A DNA stretch of 64,000 nucleotides, from assembly GCA_023393065.1 (NCBI GenBank), contig JAEWMX010000005.1, positions 9,566 through 73,565 on the forward strand, given 5' to 3'. Under the pieces are notes generated by a model, which did no database searches, was not told the origin of the DNA, and worked only from the letters and a program-made list of their open reading frames with translations. Made by a program: the position numbers and the translations under genes. The number at the start of each line of letters is the position of its first letter. Positions within the stretch are counted from its first letter, which is position 1. Source of the stretch: Bacillota bacterium. Its GTDB lineage: Bacteria; Bacillota_I; Bacilli_A; RFN20; CAG-826. Of this stretch, positions 43,206 through 52,491 are shown piece by piece.

Positions 43206-44690
43206 ATGATAGATGAGACCTTAACCGACCAAGAACAAGTGCGACGCGAAAAATTAGAAAGATATCGCGAATTAGGCGTTGATCCCTTTGGTCAAAAGTA
43301 TGAAAAAAGCCACGATGTTTCTGAAGTTATCGAACTCGTAAAAGGCAAAAATAACGAAGAATTAGAAGCTTTGAATTTACATGTAAAAGTAGCGGGTCGC
43401 ATCATGGCCATTCGAAGAATGGGAAAGGCCTCTTTTGTGAATATTAAAGACCGCAGCGGTTCGATTCAAGGCTATATCGGCATCGATATCGTCGGCGAAA
43501 AAGCCTATGAAGTATTTCGCCTAGCCGATCTTGGTGATATCGTTGGCATTTCCGGTCGCGTAATGCTCACTCGCACCGGCGAAATCACCGTCCGCGTCGA
43601 AGAATATGTTCATCTTACCAAAGCCCTCCGCCCCCTTCCTGAAAAGTTTCATGGTTTGACTGACGTCGAAGAGAGATATCGCCGCCGCTATGTCGATCTA
43701 ATTGTCAATGACGAATCACGGCGTATCGCTTTGCTTAGGCCTCGCGTCATTCGCGCGATGCAAAACTATTTTGACAGCCAAGGCTTCGTCGAAGTCGAAA
43801 CGAGCGTTCTCTCGCCGATTTTAGGTGGCGCCAACGCCCGTCCTTTTATCACTCACCACAACGCATTAGATAAAAACTTTTACCTCCGCATCGCCACCGA
43901 ATTACCTCTTAAAAAGTTGATGGTTGGCGGCATTGAACGCGTTTACGAAATCGGTCGTCTGTTCCGCAACGAAGGAATGGATACGCGGCACAATCCAGAA
44001 TTTACAACCGTCGAGCTCTATCAGGCATTCGGCGATCTTCAAGACATGCGCCATCTCGCGGAAAACGTCCTCCGCGAAACAGCTTTGAAAGTGTTGGGAA
44101 CAACGCAAGTTCCGTGGGGCGATAAAATCATTGATTTAGGATCGCCATTCAGATGGGTGTCGATGGTGGAATTAGTCAAAGAAAAGTCTGGAGTTGATTT
44201 TAATCAAAATATGACATTCGAAGAGGCTAAAGCCATTGCTAAAAAACATGATATTCATGTTGAGAAGCACATGACGGGAATCGGTCACATCATCAATGAA
44301 TTCTTCGATAAATATTGTGAAGACGACTTGATTCAGCCGACCTTTGTCCACTCATACCCAATCGAAATTTCGCCACTGACAAAAAAGAGCCCAGACCCTC
44401 GTTTTGTCGAGCGTTTTGAATTGTTTGTCAACGGTACGGAATTTGCCAACGCCTATACTGAACTCAATGACCCCTTAGATCAAAAAGAGCGCTTTTTAGC
44501 TCAGCTTAAGGCCAAGGAACTCGGCGATGAAGAAGCCAATGAAATGGATACTGATTTCCTTGAAGCTCTCGAATATGGAATGCCACCCGCCGGCGGCATC
44601 GGCATGGGCATCGACCGCATTATAATGCTGATGGCTAATCAGACCTCGATTCGCGAAGTAATTCTCTTCCCTTGCATGAGGGATAAATAA
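43206..44690 (+). CDS. lysS: lysyl-tRNA synthetase (class II)
   Basis: 494 aa with an OB anticodon-binding domain and the class II core (GGIGMGIDR). Confidence 0.95.
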   Translation: MIDETLTDQEQVRREKLERYRELGVDPFGQKYEKSHDVSEVIELVKGKNNEELEALNLHVKVAGRIMAIRRMGKASFVNIKDRSGSIQGYIGIDIVGEKAYEVFRLADLGDIVGISGRVMLTRTGEITVRVEEYVHLTKALRPLPEKFHGLTDVEERYRRRYVDLIVNDESRRIALLRPRVIRAMQNYFDSQGFVEVETSVLSPILGGANARPFITHHNALDKNFYLRIATELPLKKLMVGGIERVYEIGRLFRNEGMDTRHNPEFTTVELYQAFGDLQDMRHLAENVLRETALKVLGTTQVPWGDKIIDLGSPFRWVSMVELVKEKSGVDFNQNMTFEEAKAIAKKHDIHVEKHMTGIGHIINEFFDKYCEDDLIQPTFVHSYPIEISPLTKKSPDPRFVERFELFVNGTEFANAYTELNDPLDQKERFLAQLKAKELGDEEANEMDTDFLEALEYGMPPAGGIGMGIDRIIMLMANQTSIREVILFPCMRDK

Positions 44691-44864
44691 GCTTTTTTTC
44701 TTCGCTCTTCCTTATATATCTTCTAGGGAGGAGAAACAAACGAAAAGCGATCTGACCCAGTCGCTCAAGTTTGGGCCTGTTCGCACAAGCGTCCGGGCGC
44801 ATTTATACTTTACTTTACTTATATAATAGACTAAGATTGTTGTGCGATATTTTTATCGCATGCT

Positions 44865-44906
44865 CTCCGCTACTAGTAGATAGTAGCCGAATGACCAAAA
44901 GGGAGG
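44865..44906 (+). promoter_or_regulatory. candidate rpsF autoregulatory leader hairpin sequestering the SD
   Basis: CTCC (44865-44868) can pair with GGAG inside the GGGAGG SD (44901-44906). These enclose the perfect stem GCTACTA (44869-44875) / TAGTAGC (44881-44887). Confidence 0.4.
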
Positions 44907-44913
44907 TGTACTA

Positions 44914-45201
44914 ATGAAAAAGTACGAAATCATGTACATCTTGAAAGCCGACCTCGAAGAGGCCGCCCGCCAAGATGAAATCTCCAAACTTCACGCCATT
45001 TTAACTAATAATGGCGCCGAAGTTACCGATGTTAAGGAATGGGGATTAAAAGATTTTGCCTATCCGATCAACGATTTAACGAAAGGCTACTATGTCGTCA
45101 TCAAAGTGACGGCCGAACAACCAGCCTTACTTGAATTCGGTCGCTTAGCCAGAATCAATGCCAACGTAATTCGTCATCTGATCACAGTTGACGCAAACTG
45201 A
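44914..45201 (+). CDS. rpsF: 30S ribosomal protein S6
   Basis: 95 aa beginning MKKYEIMYILK. It ends ...HLITVDAN, with no acidic tail. Confidence 0.95.
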   Translation: MKKYEIMYILKADLEEAARQDEISKLHAILTNNGAEVTDVKEWGLKDFAYPINDLTKGYYVVIKVTAEQPALLEFGRLARINANVIRHLITVDAN

Positions 45202-45219
45202 GGCAAGGAGGATTAAATA

Positions 45220-45645
45220 ATGATTAATCGAGTCGTTTTAGTCGGACGCCTAACACGCGATCCCGAACTTCGGAGGACATCCAACGAAACAGCCGTGGCA
45301 TCCTTCACCATCGCCGTCGACAATCGCATGAAAGGACCGGATGGTCAAAAGACCGCCAGCTTCATCAATTGCACGGTTTGGGGCGCTGCCGCCGATAATA
45401 CTGCTAAATATACCCGCAAGGGCTCATTAGTCGGTGTCGAAGGCCGTCTCAATCAAAGAAGTTACGATCGCCGCGACGGCACCAAGGCTTCGGTTCTCGA
45501 AGTGGTTTGCGATTCCGTTCAATTCCTTGAACCAAAAGGCGAAGCGCGCCCTGAAGAAGCGGGTTTCACACCTGATGAACAACCGGCCGAAGACAGCAAA
45601 AACTTAGACGCCATCAACATCGTTGATGACGACCTACCATTCTAG
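45220..45645 (+). CDS. ssb: single-stranded DNA-binding protein
   Basis: 141 aa with an OB fold and the C-terminal DDDLPF tip. Confidence 0.95.
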   Translation: MINRVVLVGRLTRDPELRRTSNETAVASFTIAVDNRMKGPDGQKTASFINCTVWGAAADNTAKYTRKGSLVGVEGRLNQRSYDRRDGTKASVLEVVCDSVQFLEPKGEARPEEAGFTPDEQPAEDSKNLDAINIVDDDLPF

Positions 45646-45657
45646 AAAGGACAAACA

Positions 45658-45885
45658 ATGGGTTACAAAAAAGTTAGACCTCGCAAAAAGGTTTGCTATT
45701 TTACAAAAAATAAAATCACGCACATCGATTACAAAGATGTTGAGTTACTCTCCAGATTTATCACGCCGAACGGCAAAATCTCGCCTCGCCGCTCAACCGG
45801 CACGGCGGCTAGATACCAAAGAGAACTCGCCAAAGCCATTAAAAACGCTCGTTTCATGGCTCTCCTCCCTTACGTAATCGATTAA
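45658..45885 (+). CDS. rpsR: 30S ribosomal protein S18
   Basis: 75 aa with typical S18 sequence (CYFT...IDYKD...LLSRFI). Confidence 0.95.
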   Translation: MGYKKVRPRKKVCYFTKNKITHIDYKDVELLSRFITPNGKISPRRSTGTAARYQRELAKAIKNARFMALLPYVID

Positions 45886-45891
45886 AAAAAC

Positions 45892-45917
45892 AGGGCTCCG
45901 ATCGAGAGCCCTTTTTC
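45892..45917 (+). terminator. rho-independent terminator after rpsR
   Basis: AGGGCTC-N7-GAGCCCT followed by TTTTT. Confidence 0.75.
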
Positions 45918-46026
45918 ATACCCCTTGTGCGTAAATAAGCCTGAATCGCATTAATGCGACAATTGTTTATGCAAAAACAAGTCAAGATTGGTTTTCTATT
46001 ACTTTATACTTTTTTGTATAAGTTAT

Positions 46027-46035
46027 TTGTTATAA
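46027..46035 (+). promoter_or_regulatory. extended -10 promoter (TGTTATAAT) upstream of gdpP
   Basis: An exact TGnTATAAT lies 22 nt upstream of the ATG. Confidence 0.45.
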
Positions 46036-46056
46036 TTAGAGACAGCCGAGGAAAAC

Positions 46057-48081
46057 ATGACCAAAGAACTTAGAAAAATGAAAATCCGCGCTTTGTTTAT
46101 CATAGCGCTGGAATTAATAAGCGCCGCCGCTTTAGCGGTAATCTATTTTTATAATTTTTTTAATTTCCGCGACATCTTTATCATCGAGTATCTTTTTGCC
46201 ACTCTTGCCGGCTTTGTCGTCATCAATGTTTTGTTCATCTGGGTGATGCTCATTCGCCTATCAAAGATTCGCAAAAAGAGCGATTTGAAAGCTGCCGAGT
46301 TAATTGGCAACGATGTCCAGGAAGCATATAAGTTTGGCATGATTGGCCTCGTCGTTGTCGACGAGAACGATATCGTCTTGTGGACGAACGACCTATTTCA
46401 AGAGCGGCAAATAGATTTGCTTGATATCAACATTTTGGATTGGCAGCCCAATCTTCGCGAATTGCATGATGCCAGTCCGGATGTAGTCGTCAAAATCGAA
46501 GTCAACTCTCGAAATTACGATGTCAAGTATCTAAGCGACGCCGGTCTTTATATCTTTAAAGATATGACCGAATACGAATCGATTTTTGAGTATTCCCGCG
46601 AGCAAGCTCCGGTGCTGGGCATCATCATGCTCGATAACTACTCCGATGTCGCCGGCAACCTCGACGACGCCAACGACGTCATCTCCAAAGTGAAAAATTT
46701 AATCTTTGATTACGCCAAAGAATATGGCGTCTTATTAAGGCGTTATCGCAACGATGCATATTTTGCTTTGTGTAACTTCACATCCTTGCAACGCATGAAA
46801 AAGGATCGCTTTTCACTTCTTGAAAAAGTCCGCGAATTGGGAGCCAAAGAAGAAACGCCCCCAACCTTGTCAATCGGGTTAGCCCACGATTTTCCTGATG
46901 TCATAAAGTTAAATGAAATGGCCGGTAACGCCATCGATATCGCCATGTCTCGTGGCGGCGACCAAGTCGTCGTATCAAAGTACGGCGACGAACTCATTTT
47001 CTTCGGCGGTAAGAGCGAAGCTCAAGAGAAGCGCAACAAAGTTAAAGTCCGCGTCATGGCCGACTCTGTTTTATCATTGATAAAAAATTCCAGCAATGTC
47101 ATCATCATGGGCCACACGGCGATGGACATGGATGCTCTTGGCGCCTGCCTTGGGATGAGAGCCATTTGTGAATACTGCAATAAATCGTCGCATATCGTCT
47201 ACGATCCAAAACTGATGGAACGCAAAACGAAATTTGCTTTTACCGGGGCTTTCTCCCGCGAAGAATTAGCTCGCATCACCATCTCTCCGAGCGACAGTAT
47301 AGACAAAGTTCGGTCAAACACCCTAGTCATCGTCTGCGATGTCCATCGTCCAAGTCTCACGATGGCGCCAAAACTACTGGAAAAAGCCACCAAGGTCATG
47401 GTTATCGACCATCATCGTCGAGCCGAAGAATTTATCGAATCGCCAGTCTTTAGCTATGTTGAACCAAGCGCATCTTCAACCTGCGAACTCGTCACCGAGT
47501 TGATTCGCTATTCATCAGCCAACCCGCGCATCGAAATCTCCCCGACTTATGCAACCATCATGCTTTCTGGAGTCTTCCTAGACACCACCTATTTTAAATC
47601 GAAAAATACCGGTATTCGGACCTTTGAGGCCTCGATGGTTCTTAAAGAATACGGCGCGGACAACTCAGTGGCCGATGATTATCTTAAAGATGAATTCGAA
47701 GAATATTCGCTCGTCACCAAGATTATTTCGACGCTTAAGACTCCGCATTACGGCGTCGTTTATTGCGTCGCCGAAGAAGGGGAACTCATCGAAGTGGCAA
47801 CCCTTGCCAAAGTCGCCAATCAATGCATGCAGATGAAAGGCGTTAATGCCGCGTTTGTCATTGGCAACACCGATGAAAAAGAGACTCGCGTCTCAGCCCG
47901 AAGCGATGGAACGATCAATGTCCAAATGCTCGCCGAAAAGATGTTTGGCGGCGGCCATTTCACCTCCGCGGGCGTAACTTTCAAAAACGGGACGATTAAA
48001 AAGGCTGAAGAGAAACTTCTCGAAGTGCTAAATGAATATTTAAACGACGCTCGTTCGCAAGAGCAGAAAGCGAGAGTTTAG
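46057..48081 (+). CDS. gdpP: GdpP/YybT-type cyclic-di-AMP phosphodiesterase (2 TM, PAS-like, degenerate GGDEF, DHH/DHHA1)
   Basis: 674 aa with DHH (VIDHHR) and GGGH motifs, in the conserved position before rplI-dnaB. Confidence 0.85.
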   Translation: MTKELRKMKIRALFIIALELISAAALAVIYFYNFFNFRDIFIIEYLFATLAGFVVINVLFIWVMLIRLSKIRKKSDLKAAELIGNDVQEAYKFGMIGLVVVDENDIVLWTNDLFQERQIDLLDINILDWQPNLRELHDASPDVVVKIEVNSRNYDVKYLSDAGLYIFKDMTEYESIFEYSREQAPVLGIIMLDNYSDVAGNLDDANDVISKVKNLIFDYAKEYGVLLRRYRNDAYFALCNFTSLQRMKKDRFSLLEKVRELGAKEETPPTLSIGLAHDFPDVIKLNEMAGNAIDIAMSRGGDQVVVSKYGDELIFFGGKSEAQEKRNKVKVRVMADSVLSLIKNSSNVIIMGHTAMDMDALGACLGMRAICEYCNKSSHIVYDPKLMERKTKFAFTGAFSREELARITISPSDSIDKVRSNTLVIVCDVHRPSLTMAPKLLEKATKVMVIDHHRRAEEFIESPVFSYVEPSASSTCELVTELIRYSSANPRIEISPTYATIMLSGVFLDTTYFKSKNTGIRTFEASMVLKEYGADNSVADDYLKDEFEEYSLVTKIISTLKTPHYGVVYCVAEEGELIEVATLAKVANQCMQMKGVNAAFVIGNTDEKETRVSARSDGTINVQMLAEKMFGGGHFTSAGVTFKNGTIKKAEEKLLEVLNEYLNDARSQEQKARV

Positions 48082-48082
48082 T

Positions 48083-48532
48083 ATGCGTGTAATATTGCTA
48101 CAAGATGTAAAAAATGTTGGAAAAAAAGGCCAATCGGTCGAAGTCAGCGATGGCTATGCCAGCAATTTTTTAATCCCCAAGCGCCTCGCCGTCATTGAAA
48201 CTACTCGATCAGTCGAAGTTCTCAACAAGCAGATTCAAGACAAGAAAGATGCTGAGACGCAAGAAAGAGAAAAAGCCCAGGAAGTTGCTAGACAACTAGC
48301 TTCTATCACCTTGGAATTCGTCGTGCAAGTCGGAGCCGATCAGAAGATGTTCGGTTCGATTTCGGCCAAGCAAATTGAATCCGAACTCAAAGGAAGACAC
48401 AATATCCTTATCGATAAGCGCCGTTTTATTGATAAAGTTGCAATCAATAACTTAGGCTATAGTCGCTTGCGCATCGATTTGTACAAAGGCATCGAAGGCG
48501 TTGTTAACGTCCATGTCGTCAAGAAGGAGTAA
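48083..48532 (+). CDS. rplI: 50S ribosomal protein L9
   Basis: 149 aa beginning MRVILLQDVKNVGKKG. Confidence 0.95.
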   Translation: MRVILLQDVKNVGKKGQSVEVSDGYASNFLIPKRLAVIETTRSVEVLNKQIQDKKDAETQEREKAQEVARQLASITLEFVVQVGADQKMFGSISAKQIESELKGRHNILIDKRRFIDKVAINNLGYSRLRIDLYKGIEGVVNVHVVKKE

Positions 48533-48534
48533 TT

Positions 48535-50028
48535 ATGGCCAAAGCACGCAATTCGCTTCCGAACAACAACGAGGCCGAAAAAGCCGTCCTCGGTTCCATG
48601 CTCCTTTCGCCGCAAGCGGTGGTCGATGGATTAGGTTCTTTGAGCATCGAAGAATTTTTTGATGGCAACTATGCGAATCGCACCGTTTTTAAAGCGATGC
48701 GTCAATTGCAGGACAAGCACATTCCAATCGATGTCCAAACCGTGACCGAAGAATTGATTAACTCTAAAGAGTTAGACTCAATTGGAGGCACCGATTATCT
48801 TCTCGAACTCTCGCAATCCGCCATCTCTTTATCAAACCTGGAATTTTATATTAAAATCATTAAAGATCAAGCCGTTCTTCGCAACCTCCTTCTGACAATC
48901 CGCCAAATCGACGAAGAGTATTTGGAGAAGCAAATCGAAGATATCACCGATTTTGTGTCCGACGCCGAAGTTCGTGTTCGCAAAGTTACAGAGAGGCGCC
49001 GCATCTCGAACTTCATCGGAAGCGATGAGTTAGCTGAACGCGTTCGCGAAAGCATTAATTTGCAAGCCAAAAAGGCCACAGAAGATGGCGTTACCGGCAT
49101 GAATACCGGATACACAAAGCTAAACGCTCTCACACAAGGCTTTCAAAAAGACAACTTGATTATCGTCGCCGCCCGCCCCGGCATGGGCAAGACGGCTTTT
49201 GCTTTAAATGTCGCCTTTAACGTCTCACTGAAAAATAATTTGCCAGTCGCTATCTTTTCACTAGAAATGTCTTCTGATTCGCTGGCAAAAAGATTGGTGG
49301 CCAACCGCGCTTGCGTCCCACTTGAAGATATCTCCCGAGGCTTTTTGCCACCGAAGAGCCGCGTTGCGATCGAAGAGGCCATTAATGTCATATCGCGCTC
49401 GACGATTTTTATCGACGACACGCCCGGTATCAAACTAAATGACATCATCGCCAAGTCGCGCAAACTCCATAACACTCATGGCGAATTGGGTTTAATTATT
49501 ATTGACTATATCGGTCTTATCACATCTGGTTCCAAGAAGTTTGAAAGCCGCCAGCAAGAAGTCAGCGAGATTTCGCGTTCCTTAAAAGATTTGGCCCGCG
49601 AACTCAAGGTTCCCGTCATTGCCGTTTCTCAACTCTCTCGCGAAGTCGAAAAGCGCGACGATAAACGCCCACAACTCTCGGACTTGCGCGAATCTGGCTC
49701 CATCGAACAAGATGCTGACCTCGTCTTGCTCTTGTTCCGCCGCGATTACTATGAGGATATGGGTGTTAAACTAGGTGCTAGACGCCGAAGATTTTCTCAA
49801 GACGGACAACCAGAAGAAAAAACCAAAGAAGATAAAATCCGCGAACTTGACGCCAAGTTACCAGGCGATGCTTCCTTAGTCGAAATTGCCATTGCGAAGA
49901 ACCGCAATGGCAAGGTTGGAATGGTCCCTCTCCACTTCTTTAAAAGCTATGGTCGATTCGATAATCCAACGCGCGAATACGAAGAGGATTTAGCGCGTAT
50001 TGAAGCCGAGGACGGCGGATCCGCTTAA
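48535..50028 (+). CDS. dnaB: replicative DNA helicase (DnaB family)
   Basis: 497 aa with Walker A RPGMGKTAF, Walker B IIIDY and SQLSR. It carries an extra segment of about 40 aa near the C-terminus. Confidence 0.95.
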   Translation: MAKARNSLPNNNEAEKAVLGSMLLSPQAVVDGLGSLSIEEFFDGNYANRTVFKAMRQLQDKHIPIDVQTVTEELINSKELDSIGGTDYLLELSQSAISLSNLEFYIKIIKDQAVLRNLLLTIRQIDEEYLEKQIEDITDFVSDAEVRVRKVTERRRISNFIGSDELAERVRESINLQAKKATEDGVTGMNTGYTKLNALTQGFQKDNLIIVAARPGMGKTAFALNVAFNVSLKNNLPVAIFSLEMSSDSLAKRLVANRACVPLEDISRGFLPPKSRVAIEEAINVISRSTIFIDDTPGIKLNDIIAKSRKLHNTHGELGLIIIDYIGLITSGSKKFESRQQEVSEISRSLKDLARELKVPVIAVSQLSREVEKRDDKRPQLSDLRESGSIEQDADLVLLLFRRDYYEDMGVKLGARRRRFSQDGQPEEKTKEDKIRELDAKLPGDASLVEIAIAKNRNGKVGMVPLHFFKSYGRFDNPTREYEEDLARIEAEDGGSA

Positions 50029-50783
50029 TGCGCTTTTATATTATCGCCAGCGGCTCCAAAGGCAATGCCACCTTATTAGAACACGATGGTCGTGTTCTTT
50101 TAATCGATATGGGCATTACTCTGGCTCGGCTGAAAAGCGAGTTAGAGGCCATTGGTTATAAATTTAAAGATATCGAAGCCGTCTTATTTACCCACGAGCA
50201 CAGCGATCACGCAAGCGGAGCTCGCTTCTTTGATGATGAAATCATCTATGCCACCGAAGGAACGTTAGGAGGCAATAAACACCACCTTTTGAAACCGTAT
50301 GAAAAAATAAATATTCTCGGCTTAGATGTCACCCCCCTAGCGACATCTCACGATGCCTTCGCGCCGATTGGGTTTTTGTTTGAAAACACGAACGAGAAGC
50401 TCGTCTATATGACTGATACCGGTTTTATCAGCGAAAAAAATCTCGAAGTCATGCGCGATGCCGACTACTATATAATTGAGTCAAACCACAACATCAAAAT
50501 GCTGTTGCAAACGAATCGCCCCGCCGACTTAAAACAGCGAATTCTTAGCGATTTTGGCCATCTGTCCAACGAAGACTCGGCCCTTTACATGAGCGAGCTG
50601 ATCGGCGAGAGAACCAAAGAGATAGTCTTAGCCCACATCTCCGAAGAAGCCAACACTAACGAAACTGCCTTAAGCACTTATTTGCGAATCTTAAAAAAGC
50701 GCTTCATCAATGTAAACAAAATTCGCATCTACTGCGCGGAGCAGTGGTCGATGATCCAAGGAGGCCAAGCCCATGAAAATTAA
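50028..50783 (+). CDS. MBL-fold metallo-hydrolase (YycJ/WalJ-like)
   Basis: 251 aa with the HEHSDH motif. Confidence 0.8.
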   Translation: MRFYIIASGSKGNATLLEHDGRVLLIDMGITLARLKSELEAIGYKFKDIEAVLFTHEHSDHASGARFFDDEIIYATEGTLGGNKHHLLKPYEKINILGLDVTPLATSHDAFAPIGFLFENTNEKLVYMTDTGFISEKNLEVMRDADYYIIESNHNIKMLLQTNRPADLKQRILSDFGHLSNEDSALYMSELIGERTKEIVLAHISEEANTNETALSTYLRILKKRFINVNKIRIYCAEQWSMIQGGQAHEN

Positions 50784-51252
50784 AATTATCGCTGTCGGAA
50801 ACATCAAAGAAGATTATTGGCGCGTCGCTCTTTTGGAGTACACAAATCGGCTCTCGATTTATACAAAAGTCGAGATCATCGAAGTCAAAGACGAACCCGC
50901 GCCTCCGCAGATGTCAAAAATCCTCCAAGAAAAAGTCAAATTGAAAGAAGGAACAAAAATTCTTAATAAAATTAAAGATAAGGATTTAGTGGTCGCCGTC
51001 GATTTGAATGGTCCCGAACGAGATAGCGAAACATTTGCTAAATATCTCGATGGCCTCTTTGTTCGCGGAAATTCTGAAATCGTCTTCGTCATCGGCGGAT
51101 CGCTCGGTCTCAGCCCCGAGGTTCAAGCCCGGGCTGACGAGGTCGTCACTTTAAGTAAGCTGACATTCACCCATCAGATGACACGCGTCATTTTGCTTGA
51201 GCAAATTTATCGCGCGATTAAAATTAATCGCAACGAAACTTATCATAAATAA
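50773..51252 (+). CDS. rlmH: 23S rRNA (pseudouridine1915-N3)-methyltransferase
   Basis: 159 aa of the SPOUT family, with a typical RlmH C-terminus (HQMTRVILLEQIYRA). Confidence 0.9.
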   Translation: MKIKIIAVGNIKEDYWRVALLEYTNRLSIYTKVEIIEVKDEPAPPQMSKILQEKVKLKEGTKILNKIKDKDLVVAVDLNGPERDSETFAKYLDGLFVRGNSEIVFVIGGSLGLSPEVQARADEVVTLSKLTFTHQMTRVILLEQIYRAIKINRNETYHK

Positions 51253-51258
51253 ATATTG

Positions 51259-52317
51259 TTAATTTATATCTTTCGCGTCGAGATAACAGACGCGGTTTTT
51301 GCCTTGGGATTTTGCTTTGTATAAACTCTTGTCTGCCCGCTTGATGAGGGTGACACTTGTATCGCCTGGCTCATAGATGGAGACACCGATGCTAATCGTT
51401 ACTTTTATCGATGGAAATAAGCCGCTATTTTCGACGGTTTCGCGGAGTCCGTTCGCGCATTTTAAAGCTCCATCAGGAGTGGTAGACTCACAAAAGACGA
51501 TAAATTCTTCGCCGCCCCAGCGCCCGATATTAACGCGGTCACGCCCCTTCATCAAACTGGCAAAAGCCTGCAATGATTGGTCGCCGGCGACATGGCCGAA
51601 CTCATCATTAATTCGCTTGAAATCATCGAAATCGACAACAAATAAGGAAAATTTGACGCCTTTTTTCAATCTTTTTTCAATCTCTTCGTCAATCCATTTT
51701 CGATTGTACAAACCGGTTAGGGCATCGGTGATTGTGAGCTCTTCTAGGGCGCGATTTGTCTGCACCAACATGCCGTGGGCTTCGACGAGAGAAGTCTCAT
51801 AAAAAAGGATTAATAGCATCGAGGCCACCGCGCCGATAACGAAATTTGTTAAGACTCCTAAGTCAAAGGCTACCCCACCCATAATATCGGGCTGCAAGAT
51901 GATATAAACCAAGGTGACGGCAAAGGCGACGGCCGAAAAGATTGCCCCTTTTACGCGTCCGACCAAGTAGAGGGAAATAATGGCGACGACCGGAAAAAGA
52001 TATAAGACATAGGCGGCATTGATGGATAGTTCTAGGTAGACGAGATAGGTGATGAGAACGATCGTGACAAGCGCATAGCTAGCGACTGTCGCTTTTTTCC
52101 AAATTATATAGTAGAAGAATGTCAAAATAGTGGCGAGAAGCGAGAGAGAAAACCACAAAGTGCCTCCTAATGAGTAAGAAGTTCTGGTGTTGATGATGAT
52201 GCCGAGCAAAAAGCCGATACTCAGAATCGAAAAAGTAACGAGAAGCAACCGCTTCTTGTTTATTTCGGCATATTCGCTATAGCCGATGTCTTTGTCTAAT
52301 TTTGCTTTATCAGCCAA
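51259..52317 (-). CDS. membrane-anchored diguanylate cyclase (GGDEF domain)
   Basis: 352 aa with about 6 N-terminal TM helices and a GGDEF domain with active site GGEEF. TTG start, with GAGGA 10 nt upstream. Confidence 0.85.
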   Translation of the reverse strand: MADKAKLDKDIGYSEYAEINKKRLLLVTFSILSIGFLLGIIINTRTSYSLGGTLWFSLSLLATILTFFYYIIWKKATVASYALVTIVLITYLVYLELSINAAYVLYLFPVVAIISLYLVGRVKGAIFSAVAFAVTLVYIILQPDIMGGVAFDLGVLTNFVIGAVASMLLILFYETSLVEAHGMLVQTNRALEELTITDALTGLYNRKWIDEEIEKRLKKGVKFSLFVVDFDDFKRINDEFGHVAGDQSLQAFASLMKGRDRVNIGRWGGEEFIVFCESTTPDGALKCANGLRETVENSGLFPSIKVTISIGVSIYEPGDTSVTLIKRADKSLYKAKSQGKNRVCYLDAKDIN

Positions 52318-52460
52318 TTATTCTATTCCTCGATAGTTAAAAATACCTATTTATAATATTTTACCACTTTTAACACATGTATGACGACAATACCTTTTTG
52401 GCATGTCGCGAAGTTTTCATCGCGTAAAATATAACAAATGCAAATCATATAAACAAATAT

Positions 52461-52482
52461 AAAAAAAGTGCATGGCTGCACT
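52461..52482 (-). terminator. rho-independent terminator after HAD gene
   Basis: AGTGCA-TGGC-TGCACT, followed on the minus strand by TTTTTTT. Confidence 0.75.
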
Positions 52483-52491
52483 TGCTTTTAC

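Noticed and set aside
44727-44760. A strong GGGAGGAG SD-like sequence in the lysS-rpsF spacer that might start a small ORF.
   Set aside because: No ATG, GTG or TTG lies within 5-12 nt downstream. The nearest in-frame candidate is a CTG about 20 nt away. It is not called as a gene and is mentioned only as unexplained.
52318-52491. Two tiny ORFs (15-16 codons, one on each strand) and a CGCGA-N8-TCGCG hairpin in the GGDEF-HAD spacer.
   Set aside because: Neither has an SD or any distinctive sequence. The region is adequately explained by the HAD terminator plus the GGDEF promoter.
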